From a virus, in the IMG/VR virus record IMGVR_UViG_3300034198_015644, positions 1 through 64,000 of that record: a DNA stretch of 64,000 nt, one strand, 5' to 3'. The notes under the pieces were generated by a model. That model searched no databases and was not told where the DNA came from. It worked only from the letters and a program-made list of their open reading frames with translations. This document shows, piece by piece, positions 49,601 to 59,066 of this stretch. The number at the start of each line of letters is the position of its first letter. The stretch's first letter is position 1. The translations under genes and the position numbers were made by a program.

Positions 49601-52600
49601 AATACAATTACTTGTGGCGACTACGGATCAATAATAGCTAGGGCGGATGGTGGAGTTACTCCATATATTTATACTGCCACAGGTAATGGTACGTACACGA
49701 ATACTACAGGTAATTTTAATGTTTTACCATCAGGTATATGGACAATAACAGTAGAGGATAACATTGGTAACTCAGGAACTACGACAGTTAATTTAGATAG
49801 TAAACTTAAATTTAGTGCCGACAGTAGCGCTCTTAGTGCAACATGTGTTACCATTATAGATGGTTTAGCACCTTACTATATTTTAATAAATCAAATATTA
49901 TATACTGCCTCTACACAAGGAACTTATTGTTTTGATTTAGAATGTGGTTATAATGGTATTGATGTATATGATAGTTGTACAGGAACTACTTGTGCAAATT
50001 ATTTATTTACTGCTCCGGGTGGAATACAAAGTTTTTTTCAAAATATATTTTGGACTAATTGTAGTGGAATGACACAAAGTGGAATTTTAAATTCAATTAG
50101 CCCTATCATAGGTAATACTTTTAGTACCTGTGCAATTTTTGGAACTCCTGTTACTACAAATTCTAAAATAGAAATAAGTCTAATAGGTTTTTGTCCACCC
50201 GGCACAAATCAAGATTGCGTGGTTGATAATAGTGTGATTGTGTATTATGATTGTCCGGGACCATTAAGTTTAGAACAAACTCAAGATAGTGTCAATCCTA
50301 GCTGTACTGATAGTAGTGATGGTGAGATATACTTTAGTGGTTTTGGTGGGGACTATCCCTATGTTAGTTATTCAGCAATAAATGGTAATACCATATATGT
50401 TAATGGTACAGGTACATTTTCAAATTTAAGTGCAGGTACTTGGACGATTTATGTTGAAGATAGTTCAAACACTATAACATCAACAACTGTAACATTAGTT
50501 TCAGATTTTATAGTTGATTTTACTATCACTAGTTTTACAGAAAACAGCGTGACCATTTGTGCTAATATACCAATCCAATATCAAACATTAGAATATGAAT
50601 TAACGTTTGAAAATCAAACGGCGATATTGAATGCATCTAATTCTTTTTGTAATACATTTACAGGGATAACAGGATGTAGTGTAGTTAATGTTAATTTATG
50701 TTCTTTAAGAAATTATAGAAGGCTTACTAATATTGGTGGTGGAGGTAGAAGTGTAATTAAAGGAAGTGATGGTCTTTTTTATGGGGTAACACAAATTGGT
50801 GGTTTATACAATTATGGGACTATATACAGATATAATGAAACCACTAAGGTTTATACTACATTACATAGTTTTAATGGGACTACAGATGGAAACACCCCGC
50901 AAGATATAATTGAAGTATCTAATGGAAAATTATACGGAATTTGTTTAGTCGGTGGTAATAGTGGTTATGGTACGTTGTTTAGTTGTACCACTTCAGGATC
51001 ATACGCAGTAATACATAATTTTGATGGGACGAACGGTGGAAATCCGGTTAGCAATTTAACTTTGGCTAGTAATGGTGTCATGTATGGAATGACACAATAT
51101 GATTCTACTTATGGATACGGCACTATATTTAGTTGTAGTACCATTGGAAATTTTGGGGTAGTTTATTCTTTCCAATACGTTTTTTCCATACCTTTTGATG
51201 GGTACAACCCAACAGGAAAATTAATCGAAGCATCTAATGGGTTACTTTATGGGGTCACACCACTTGGAGGTTCGAGTGACCAAGGAATTTTATTTAATTA
51301 TGATTATATAAATAATCAATATAACAATTTATTTTCTTTTGATTATGGGTCAGTCGCATATCCAAATGAAATAGTTGAAGGATTGGATAATAATTTATAT
51401 GTAATAGGTGATACATTTTCAAATAAAAGTATTTATAAATTAGATTTATCGGGAACACCAAAAGGAAATGTACATAATTTTTCATTAAGTGACGGATCAA
51501 ATGCAAATAAATTAATAAAAGGACTTAATGGTAATTTATGGGGATCAACTTTATATGGTGGTTTATATAATTTTGGTACAATATTTAGTTGTGATACTTT
51601 AGGTAATTTTGAAGTACTGTATAATTTTAAAAATTCTCTTCCAAATGACAATTTCTTATTGAATACTAACTCAACAATATTTTATGGGACAAGACAATCA
51701 AATATATTGTATAAAATAAATGTTAGTTTACCCGAATCTTGTTGTTTTGATACAACTACAAATTTAAATGATTTGTTAAAACCAAATATAATTTCTCTTT
51801 ATGGAGACTATGTTAATGGGGTGCCAAGTATTTGTACTACGATAGATATTAGTAGCTCAGTTAATGTTTGGTATACTGTAACTGTAAATGGAGAAGAAAA
51901 CATATATGATAGAAGTTTAGAACCTAATTGTTTTAGTGCGCTAACTGAGGGGTTAACAGATGTTTCTATATGTGAATATGTGGATTCATTTAACTATCTA
52001 GCAATACATTATTTTGACTCAACTAACAATACTTTTGGGACTACTCCTAATGGAGGTTTGATAGAGGCAAGTGACGGCAACTTTTATGGTATGACATTTA
52101 ACGGAGGTTCAAATGATTTTGGTGTAATTTATAGTTGTGATACTATAGGTAATTATGGTATAATATATAATTTTGGGTCTGTTTTATTTGATGGAAAATA
52201 TCCACTTGGATCTTTAATACAAGGATCAAACGGAACATTATATGGGATGACATCATCAGACAATATATTAAATTTATGTGGAGTAATTTTTAGTTGTACT
52301 ACAACAGGTAATTATGGGATAATACATAGATTTGATAATACAGTTACTAATGGCGTAACTAAAGGAAGAACACCTGAAGGTTCTTTATGCGAAGTTTCTG
52401 ATGGATTCTTATATGGGGTGACAAGATATGGAGGTTTTAATAATGGTGGGGTAATATTTAAAATTAACCCAACAACAGGACAATATTTTTCAATTTATGA
52501 ATTTGGACAAGCACCAAATGATCCATTAGAACCAATAGAAGGTGTAATAGAAGTTAACAATAAATTATATGGAATGTCTTACTTTGGAGGACAACATAAT

Positions 52601-55600
52601 TTTGGCACTATATATGAATTGGACTTAAACATAGGTGTACCTAATACTGTATTTAGTTTTGAAAATGTAACTGGTTCGGGAGATATTGGATTTTATCCTA
52701 ATGGAAAATTAACTTTAGGGTCAAACGGATTGTTATATGGACTAACAACTGGTGGAGGATTTTATGGAGTAGGGGCATTTTTTGAATTCGATCCAACTTA
52801 TCTAACCTATAGGACAATACATAGTTTTAGTGGCACCCCTATTGACGGTGAGACTGCGACAGGTACTTTATTTGAAGATGAAAATGGAGTATTTTATGGG
52901 TTAACAAAAGAAGGTGGACCTATAGGTCGAGGAACAATTTTTGCTTGTGATATATATGATAATTATAAAATTTTAAAAACTTTAAATAATTCAAACGGTA
53001 GATATCCTGAGAATACATATTTTATAAAGGCATCCGATAATAATTTATATTCTACAGTTAGTGGTGGATTACCTAATAATGGTGGTGGTATTATAAAATT
53101 AACAATTGAAACATTAACGGGTTGTTGTTATAGTGCAACTACAAATATACCACAGTGTTTAGACGGAGTGACTATTGACACATTATGGATAGATAATATG
53201 CCATATGTTAATGTATTAATTAATAGTCAAAATACTACACCTCCATATGAAGTTACGGTTGGGGGTATAACATATCCTTATTATGTTGGATCATTAACCG
53301 GAAATTGTTACCCAATAATCGGATGTGATCCAGTTATTGTAAATGTTTGTGCACCTGAGATTACTTCCCAACAATTAAGTGGATTTACAGTAGAACATAA
53401 ATTTAGTTTTTCAGATGCTTATGATGGTAAAAATCCATATGGTGATTTAACATTAAATTATAATGGAATATTTTATGGAATGACATCGCAGGGTGGTGTA
53501 AATGAGCCAGGATATTTCCCCACAGGATGCGGAACAATTTTTAGTTTTGATCCAATAACTAAGATTTATCAAAAAGTTTATGATTTAGACGCTGATAATG
53601 GAGATGGATTTTTTCCAAAAGGAACATTACAATGTGACCTAAATTATAATTTATATGGGGTTAATTATTACGATGCAGTTAGTGGTTATGGTACGTTGTT
53701 TAGTTGTACCACTTCAGGATCATACGCAGTAATACATAATTTTGACGATGTTAATGGATCAAATCCTGTTACATTACCTAGTAGAGAACCATTAACAGGA
53801 CGATTCCAAAGAGTCGGAACAACAATAAAAAGTGCAACCGGTGATGGAGTTTTATATAGTTTTGATAATGGTACACACGTGAATGATGATTTTAGCTCAA
53901 TAGGGTCTTTTGGTCGAGGCACTAATTCATATTTTAATGACCCATCTATATCTTATAATAAAGGAATAAATTCAAACGGACCCTTATTAGTTGATCAAGA
54001 GTTATCATTAATATATTTCGGATCAACTCAAGCATTTGTTTACGGCATGACAAAAGAAGGGGGAACAAACAATAATGGTGTTATTTTTGCTTATGACTTT
54101 TTTGTCTATGGTTTATACGATATTTATAATTTTACAGGCGGAGCGGACGGAGGAAAACCAACAGGAGGTTTAATTAAGTATAGTTATGGGTTATATAATA
54201 AAGTTTATGGAATGACTTCAGAAGGTGGTGCAGGTTTTGGTGTCATATTTGAGATGGATTTATCAATTTTTGGTTCACCTGTAAATACAATTTTACATAC
54301 ATTTGCGGGAGGAACTTCTGATGGATCTAGACCATATGGTTCATTATACGAATTTAATGGTCGACTTTATGGTATGACATATTATGGAGGAACGAATAAT
54401 GCCGGTGTAATATTCTCATTAGACCCAAGACTTCCTTATCCACACGACTATACAATCATTCATAGCTTTAATGGAAGTACGGGAGGATCAAATCCTGTAG
54501 GTTCATTGACAATGGGCCCTGATGGTAAATTATATGGTATGACATTGTATGGCGGTAATGGAGTAGGTGTAGGAGGTAAAGGTATAATATTTAGTATTGA
54601 TTTTAATTTAACTCAAAGAGCGGCATGTTGTTATCAAACAACCATAGACGTAAATGATCCTAACGATATAAATTTACCTCTTATTGAGGGAACTTGGTTT
54701 AATTCACAACCAACAATTTCTGTGAGCATTGACCCAAATAATTATTATGTCGCTCCTTATACTGTAACTATTGATGGAGTTACATATAACTATGACACAA
54801 ATAGTGCTAAAAATTATTTCCCACAATTAAGTTGTGGTACACATACAGTAGTCATTACACCAAATGCGGGAAACAATACACTTGACTTTTCGGGTTTAAA
54901 ATCGTTTAGTGGACCAACAATTGATCCGGGTTCATTATTTGGTAATCCAATTGAACCAATCACCAACGAATTTTATGCCTTATCTTATGCGGGTGGAGCA
55001 TTAAATTTTGGTACAATTTTTAAGATTGATTTGTTAGGTAATGTTGAGATACTTCATAATTTTTCAGGATCAACTTATGGTGATGGAAACCACCCAATAC
55101 AAGATTTAATTTTATCGTCAAATGGAAAAATGTACGGTACAACCTCGGAAGGCGGAATATATAATGCGGGTACAATATTTAGTTGTGATACTTTAGGTAA
55201 TTATGGTATAGTTTATAATTTTTCTGGTGGCACAAATGGAGGTGGACCGATTCAAAATTTAACAGAAGTTTCTAATGGTATTTTTTATGGATTAGTGTAT
55301 CAAACCGGTGCATTTGGTATGGGTATTATTTTTAGTTGTGATACAATAGGAAATTATAAATTGATTCATAGTTTTAGTGGGTCACCTTATGATGGGATGC
55401 AACCTTTAGAAAGTTTTTATAAACATTCAAATGGTATTTTATATGGTACTACATTTAATGGGGGTACTTATAATGCGGGAACAATTTTTAGTTGTGACAC
55501 TTTAGGTAATTATGGTATAATTCATAGTTTTAATAATACAGTGATTCCCAATAACGGATGCAACCCAAGATGTACGTTAATTGAGGGAGATAATGGTATT

Positions 55601-58600
55601 TTATATGGTACTACATCAAATGGTGGAAATATAGGTTCATATGGGACAATTTTTACTTGTAGTACATCAGGAAATTATGGAGTAATACATAAATTTACAG
55701 GTGTAGATGGTGACGGACCACAAGAAGGTCTTTTTAAAGGTCAAAGTAATATTTTTTATGGGACTACTTATGGTGGTGGGATTCATAATTTGGGTACAAT
55801 TTATAGTTGTGATACTTTAGGTAATCATGGGGTAATTTACAATTTTAATGGTTCAGGTTCAACCGGATCTTTACCGTATAATGGATTATATGTGGCAGAA
55901 AATGATATTTTATACGGTTTCACTCAGTACGGCGGAATTTATTCGGCGGGAAATTTTTATAGATTTAATCCATATAATTTTCTATATGGAGATTGTCCTT
56001 ATTCGGGTACTGTTAACATACCATGTTTTTATTTAGATGAATTAAATGTGGAAGTTCCATGTACAACAAACGATGGTCAAATATCAGTTCAGGCATTGGG
56101 AGGTAATCCTGATTACACATATACTTTGACATATACTAGTATAACAAATGATACATACAGTATAACACAATTTGGTACCACATTTCAACCAATAACGTTT
56201 ATCAATTTAAGTGCATTAACATGGGGATTAATTGTCACAGATTCTAGTGGACAAACGTTAAGTCAAATTTATGATTTTAATCCAATCGATAACCCATCTA
56301 TCACTACAGTTAATGGTGATACTATTTGTATTAGTTTAGATCAAGTGGGATTATCATTAACAGGTATTACATTAGATGGTAATATACTATATAGTGGGAA
56401 TATAGGTCTAACTAATTTTTGTTTTACTGCAGGTTGTGGTAACCATTTGGCCCAATTTTATACTACCAATGGATGTATGTACCCCATTCCCTTTTCTTTT
56501 GATTGCCCACCAAGTAATTTAGTCTTCACAAATTTAAGTCAGATAGATCCTTTTTGTTGTAACTCTTCTGCAAAAATTAATGTGGCAGTAACAGGCGGTA
56601 CATTGCCATATACGTATACTATATATAATATACCAACTACCGCGACTTATACTAATACTACGGGTAATTTTACAAACATATACCCACCTACAGGAACTTG
56701 GCAAGTAATTGCAACGGATGCAAATGGTAGCACGATAAGTAGTAATATTTTTACATTAAATTCAATATTTTTTGCTGATATTACATTTATTAATAATATC
56801 GCAGTTATTAATTTTAGTGGATCTACTGGAATAGATGTACTAATAAATGGAGTTTCACAAACTTTAGGTTATATTGCAACTAAAGTAAGTGGGGGAACTT
56901 TAAGTTATCCAATACCTTGTGGAACTAATATTAATGTTGAAGTTATTGGTAGAATAGTTATAAATCCTATAACTAAAACTTATGAATATTGTCCTATAAG
57001 TGCAAGTACATTTTATCCTTGTCCTTTATTTTGTAGTAATATAATTAGTCAACCAAGATGTCCAGGACAAAACGCTAATTCTGTTACAGTCTTAGTAACA
57101 GGCGGAACACCAAACTACAATATAACATTAACTAATGGTACGTTAATTTATACTGCTAACACATCACTAAATAGTTATATTTTTAACGATAACCCACCTT
57201 TAGTCACTTTAATACAAGATGATTGGACAATAACTGTTATAGATTCTGATGGTACAGTTTGTATACAAGATATAACTATACAATCTAGTTTTGATGCAAC
57301 AATAACAGGTACGTCAACGGGGGCATGTTTTACGGTAGTTGGGGGAAATCCACCATATACACTTTATATTGATGGCGTGATTTATACACCATTAATAAAT
57401 CAAATAAGTAATGATATTGTTTATTGCGTACCACTAAATTGCGGTAATCATCAATTAGAAATAAGAGAAACAGGAGTACCACCAGCGGCATGTTCAATAG
57501 TTTTAGATTACTTTAGTTCCTGTCAATTGACTTGTAGTACAATAACTACAGATCCCGGTTGTAATGATAATTGTAGTGGATCAGTTACGATAAGTGTAAC
57601 TGGTGGAACACCACCATACAACTATAGTTTAATTAGAACCTCACCATCGTTTTATCAAACGACATATACGGGTCCACAAACTACTTGGACTTTCTATGAT
57701 CTATGCGAAGGGACTTATGATATTACAGTATCGGCGTTAACTAATGGTGCGTTTTGTACATCTAATTTGAATCTAGCATCAATATATGATGTAGTAGTTA
57801 GTGGATATGCAGTTTCAACTAACTGTCTATATGGTGTAATGTGTATTGACATTACGGGAGGAACACCACCTTATGATGTATATATTGATGGAATACTAAG
57901 AGCAACTGCAATTACTCAAACACATAGTTGTTATAGTGCAACTTGTGGTGTAAATCATACTTATCAGGTAATTGATTCTGCACCTCCTTGTAATATACCA
58001 TTAAATCAGGCATTACTTAAAAATACAAGTTTTACAGGGACTAGTGATTGGATATTGACTAATGATTATACTGGTAGTACTATAATATCGGGAGGTAGTG
58101 CAATAGTATCTTCTACGACATATAATACTTTACAAGTATTTAGATTTTTACAAGATTATATTTTCCCGTTCCAAAAACCAATATCAATAAAATATAATGT
58201 CAGTGTTAGTACAGGGACAATTCAAAATTACAATTATTTACCACAATTTAGGATACAAAGTCCTTTTGGTAGTACTAATATGGGTGGAATTGCACCTAAT
58301 TCGACATATTCTACAACAAAACAGATAGTAAGTACGGTAGAACCTGTAATTTTCTCAGGTTTTGGTATTAATTTTTATCAATCGTTCCTACCTAATAATA
58401 AAACTGAGGTAAAAGACATGCAATTGACATTATTGTCTTATACTGTAGATTGTAGATGTTCGGCTAGCGGAACTACATATGTACCTTGCAACCCACCATT
58501 AACATTAAATGTTGTTTCTTATACAGAACCAAATTGTTTCAGTGCTTGTAATGGAACTATCATCGTTTCTGCAACCGGAGGAGTACTCCCATATAGTTAC

Positions 58601-58924
58601 TCAGCAACTAATGGAACGTCAATTTACATAAGCCCTAACGGGGTATTTAACGATCTTTGTGAAGATACTTGGGACTTGTCGGTTAGTGATAGTTGTAATA
58701 CAGTTGTTACAAACGCAGGATTCTTCTTACCAAACTCATTCCATGTAACAGTGGATACGTATCCTACAGAGTTTTGTGTGGGAATAACAGGAGGAACACC
58801 ACCTTACCATGTTTTCATAGATAATGTAGAAATTGATACCATTAGTCAAAGTCCGGTTAATATTTGTTATAGCGCAAGTTGTGGGGTAACCACAATTATA
58901 CGTGTGGTGGATAGCTCTACTTAA
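46619..58924 (+). CDS. Giant (4101 aa) Cys-rich tail fibre/adhesin: GH-like N-terminal domain, SprB-like stalk modules, four GloVer (TIGR03803-like) repeat beta-propellers
   Basis: NPSC...GGTPPY.Y...NLSAGTW stalk repeats; repeated L..A.NG.LYG.T..GG..N.GTIF in four blocks at about 50710-51725, 51990-53105, 53380-54605, 54880-55975. Confidence 0.75.
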   Translation: MAFPILRDPEVIHLFVDKFPTLLSGPSSAITEFYSFCVKNGVNELSLYDTLSVLPSSTNSVSNFIYSAKTFNYVCEVGGTVNPYDPATLGLKYLNLITTYNNGQPNLSRKYDRITIENEFWNLETSINPLKNTAGFTISTIAGNTVASIAGGIPSSIFVVGNMVKVFGEYRQVLAIGATTITVDRGFTNTVTNQTFEIRDNKVSGAETYAIDFETYLLRLKNIRNVAVANNLKIDAYLSRRVTQVQFLKLIPFIDRILIEADYDQNNYLLYNDPTQLNKIRDVLIRCSQNRTGTVNINVGNNNMQGIGTDFTNELGVGTKIYVSGQVFTIQSIVSSTQATLLETNNSSTINNATFKTYTEFAPIFYINKTLRKTWLTTPVSTKSYADVFKMFTLSGYTVGGSVQSGSNPICYNLEDNPSITGATNLIGISIFDRTEAQSIDIKVAQSSSPRSSCTNPLARSIGANNTYAITFQGNDCTCDNATNGSVTANFSTIQPTPYNYTFTNGGRVIEITNLTTPPPYTFSGLGLGTWNISVRDGNNSVSTGSVTINESFQPTITGNYISAGQGGITVFYTGGYNNYYISRIDNPTNINNQWGPFISYHNAGSDPFFDSNITVNNTTKSYNSSSTPAYNFVPNQSYSFVIGDTDACIKIFTVTIPQASTGPSVNITQTTNPSCDAASNGSITMVAAGTGPYVFHVTYPNGNTSNINSVSTTQVLNNLSAGNYSVTVTDANNVTSTPAVTTTLTNTYNSNINATSTSPNQVCFQLVAGSTYTITSGGGTFQSFNQTVSGPNFTPCFNNLPGGQYNFNVLSSNGCSETIYLTVNSATLTLSLNQYENPSCTQVNDGIINVFATSNGNGQFSYSASNGSVIYSNNSGNFTNLSAGTWTLSVSQNGILGNNIVVQLNNSFYVNVTSTGETVCVSASGGSLGIYTVDINGTLHTYNTASTINCYTGLCSGNVVRVVDGDIINTSISGCVYTTTTPKDCAFNFNVTANTITCGDYGSIIARADGGVTPYIYTATGNGTYTNTTGNFNVLPSGIWTITVEDNIGNSGTTTVNLDSKLKFSADSSALSATCVTIIDGLAPYYILINQILYTASTQGTYCFDLECGYNGIDVYDSCTGTTCANYLFTAPGGIQSFFQNIFWTNCSGMTQSGILNSISPIIGNTFSTCAIFGTPVTTNSKIEISLIGFCPPGTNQDCVVDNSVIVYYDCPGPLSLEQTQDSVNPSCTDSSDGEIYFSGFGGDYPYVSYSAINGNTIYVNGTGTFSNLSAGTWTIYVEDSSNTITSTTVTLVSDFIVDFTITSFTENSVTICANIPIQYQTLEYELTFENQTAILNASNSFCNTFTGITGCSVVNVNLCSLRNYRRLTNIGGGGRSVIKGSDGLFYGVTQIGGLYNYGTIYRYNETTKVYTTLHSFNGTTDGNTPQDIIEVSNGKLYGICLVGGNSGYGTLFSCTTSGSYAVIHNFDGTNGGNPVSNLTLASNGVMYGMTQYDSTYGYGTIFSCSTIGNFGVVYSFQYVFSIPFDGYNPTGKLIEASNGLLYGVTPLGGSSDQGILFNYDYINNQYNNLFSFDYGSVAYPNEIVEGLDNNLYVIGDTFSNKSIYKLDLSGTPKGNVHNFSLSDGSNANKLIKGLNGNLWGSTLYGGLYNFGTIFSCDTLGNFEVLYNFKNSLPNDNFLLNTNSTIFYGTRQSNILYKINVSLPESCCFDTTTNLNDLLKPNIISLYGDYVNGVPSICTTIDISSSVNVWYTVTVNGEENIYDRSLEPNCFSALTEGLTDVSICEYVDSFNYLAIHYFDSTNNTFGTTPNGGLIEASDGNFYGMTFNGGSNDFGVIYSCDTIGNYGIIYNFGSVLFDGKYPLGSLIQGSNGTLYGMTSSDNILNLCGVIFSCTTTGNYGIIHRFDNTVTNGVTKGRTPEGSLCEVSDGFLYGVTRYGGFNNGGVIFKINPTTGQYFSIYEFGQAPNDPLEPIEGVIEVNNKLYGMSYFGGQHNFGTIYELDLNIGVPNTVFSFENVTGSGDIGFYPNGKLTLGSNGLLYGLTTGGGFYGVGAFFEFDPTYLTYRTIHSFSGTPIDGETATGTLFEDENGVFYGLTKEGGPIGRGTIFACDIYDNYKILKTLNNSNGRYPENTYFIKASDNNLYSTVSGGLPNNGGGIIKLTIETLTGCCYSATTNIPQCLDGVTIDTLWIDNMPYVNVLINSQNTTPPYEVTVGGITYPYYVGSLTGNCYPIIGCDPVIVNVCAPEITSQQLSGFTVEHKFSFSDAYDGKNPYGDLTLNYNGIFYGMTSQGGVNEPGYFPTGCGTIFSFDPITKIYQKVYDLDADNGDGFFPKGTLQCDLNYNLYGVNYYDAVSGYGTLFSCTTSGSYAVIHNFDDVNGSNPVTLPSREPLTGRFQRVGTTIKSATGDGVLYSFDNGTHVNDDFSSIGSFGRGTNSYFNDPSISYNKGINSNGPLLVDQELSLIYFGSTQAFVYGMTKEGGTNNNGVIFAYDFFVYGLYDIYNFTGGADGGKPTGGLIKYSYGLYNKVYGMTSEGGAGFGVIFEMDLSIFGSPVNTILHTFAGGTSDGSRPYGSLYEFNGRLYGMTYYGGTNNAGVIFSLDPRLPYPHDYTIIHSFNGSTGGSNPVGSLTMGPDGKLYGMTLYGGNGVGVGGKGIIFSIDFNLTQRAACCYQTTIDVNDPNDINLPLIEGTWFNSQPTISVSIDPNNYYVAPYTVTIDGVTYNYDTNSAKNYFPQLSCGTHTVVITPNAGNNTLDFSGLKSFSGPTIDPGSLFGNPIEPITNEFYALSYAGGALNFGTIFKIDLLGNVEILHNFSGSTYGDGNHPIQDLILSSNGKMYGTTSEGGIYNAGTIFSCDTLGNYGIVYNFSGGTNGGGPIQNLTEVSNGIFYGLVYQTGAFGMGIIFSCDTIGNYKLIHSFSGSPYDGMQPLESFYKHSNGILYGTTFNGGTYNAGTIFSCDTLGNYGIIHSFNNTVIPNNGCNPRCTLIEGDNGILYGTTSNGGNIGSYGTIFTCSTSGNYGVIHKFTGVDGDGPQEGLFKGQSNIFYGTTYGGGIHNLGTIYSCDTLGNHGVIYNFNGSGSTGSLPYNGLYVAENDILYGFTQYGGIYSAGNFYRFNPYNFLYGDCPYSGTVNIPCFYLDELNVEVPCTTNDGQISVQALGGNPDYTYTLTYTSITNDTYSITQFGTTFQPITFINLSALTWGLIVTDSSGQTLSQIYDFNPIDNPSITTVNGDTICISLDQVGLSLTGITLDGNILYSGNIGLTNFCFTAGCGNHLAQFYTTNGCMYPIPFSFDCPPSNLVFTNLSQIDPFCCNSSAKINVAVTGGTLPYTYTIYNIPTTATYTNTTGNFTNIYPPTGTWQVIATDANGSTISSNIFTLNSIFFADITFINNIAVINFSGSTGIDVLINGVSQTLGYIATKVSGGTLSYPIPCGTNINVEVIGRIVINPITKTYEYCPISASTFYPCPLFCSNIISQPRCPGQNANSVTVLVTGGTPNYNITLTNGTLIYTANTSLNSYIFNDNPPLVTLIQDDWTITVIDSDGTVCIQDITIQSSFDATITGTSTGACFTVVGGNPPYTLYIDGVIYTPLINQISNDIVYCVPLNCGNHQLEIRETGVPPAACSIVLDYFSSCQLTCSTITTDPGCNDNCSGSVTISVTGGTPPYNYSLIRTSPSFYQTTYTGPQTTWTFYDLCEGTYDITVSALTNGAFCTSNLNLASIYDVVVSGYAVSTNCLYGVMCIDITGGTPPYDVYIDGILRATAITQTHSCYSATCGVNHTYQVIDSAPPCNIPLNQALLKNTSFTGTSDWILTNDYTGSTIISGGSAIVSSTTYNTLQVFRFLQDYIFPFQKPISIKYNVSVSTGTIQNYNYLPQFRIQSPFGSTNMGGIAPNSTYSTTKQIVSTVEPVIFSGFGINFYQSFLPNNKTEVKDMQLTLLSYTVDCRCSASGTTYVPCNPPLTLNVVSYTEPNCFSACNGTIIVSATGGVLPYSYSATNGTSIYISPNGVFNDLCEDTWDLSVSDSCNTVVTNAGFFLPNSFHVTVDTYPTEFCVGITGGTPPYHVFIDNVEIDTISQSPVNICYSASCGVTTIIRVVDSST
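50959..51024 (+). repeat. 66-bp exact direct repeat, copy 1 (copy 2 at 53680-53745)
   Basis: TAGTGGTTATGGTACGTTGTTTAGTTGTACCACTTCAGGATCATACGCAGTAATACATAATTTTGA at both positions. Confidence 0.9.
53680..53745 (+). repeat. 66-bp exact direct repeat, copy 2
   Basis: Identical to 50959-51024. Confidence 0.9.
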
Positions 58925-58964
58925 AAAAGTAAAATATAAAAGATTAAAACTATGTACGTTTTTT

Positions 58965-59000
58965 ATAAAATCCTTAATTTTAAATAATTAAGGATTTTAT
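58965..59000. terminator. 15-bp perfect inverted repeat after the giant fibre gene (terminator or processing hairpin)
   Basis: ATAAAATCCTTAATT-TTAAAT-AATTAAGGATTTTAT. Confidence 0.65.
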
Positions 59001-59036
59001 CCTTTTATTTTTATTAAAAAACTTATAAAAAATCAG

Positions 59037-59059
59037 AAAACAAAATAATTATTTTAAAA
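59037..59059 (+). promoter_or_regulatory. 23-bp leader element, copy 2
   Basis: Identical to 46588-46610, 7 nt before ATG 59067. Confidence 0.6.
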
Positions 59060-59066
59060 ACAAAAG

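Noticed and set aside
50959-53745. 66-bp repeat pair as the TR/VR of a diversity-generating retroelement
   Set aside because: Copies are identical with no adenine-specific mismatches, both are coding, and no reverse transcriptase is in the window
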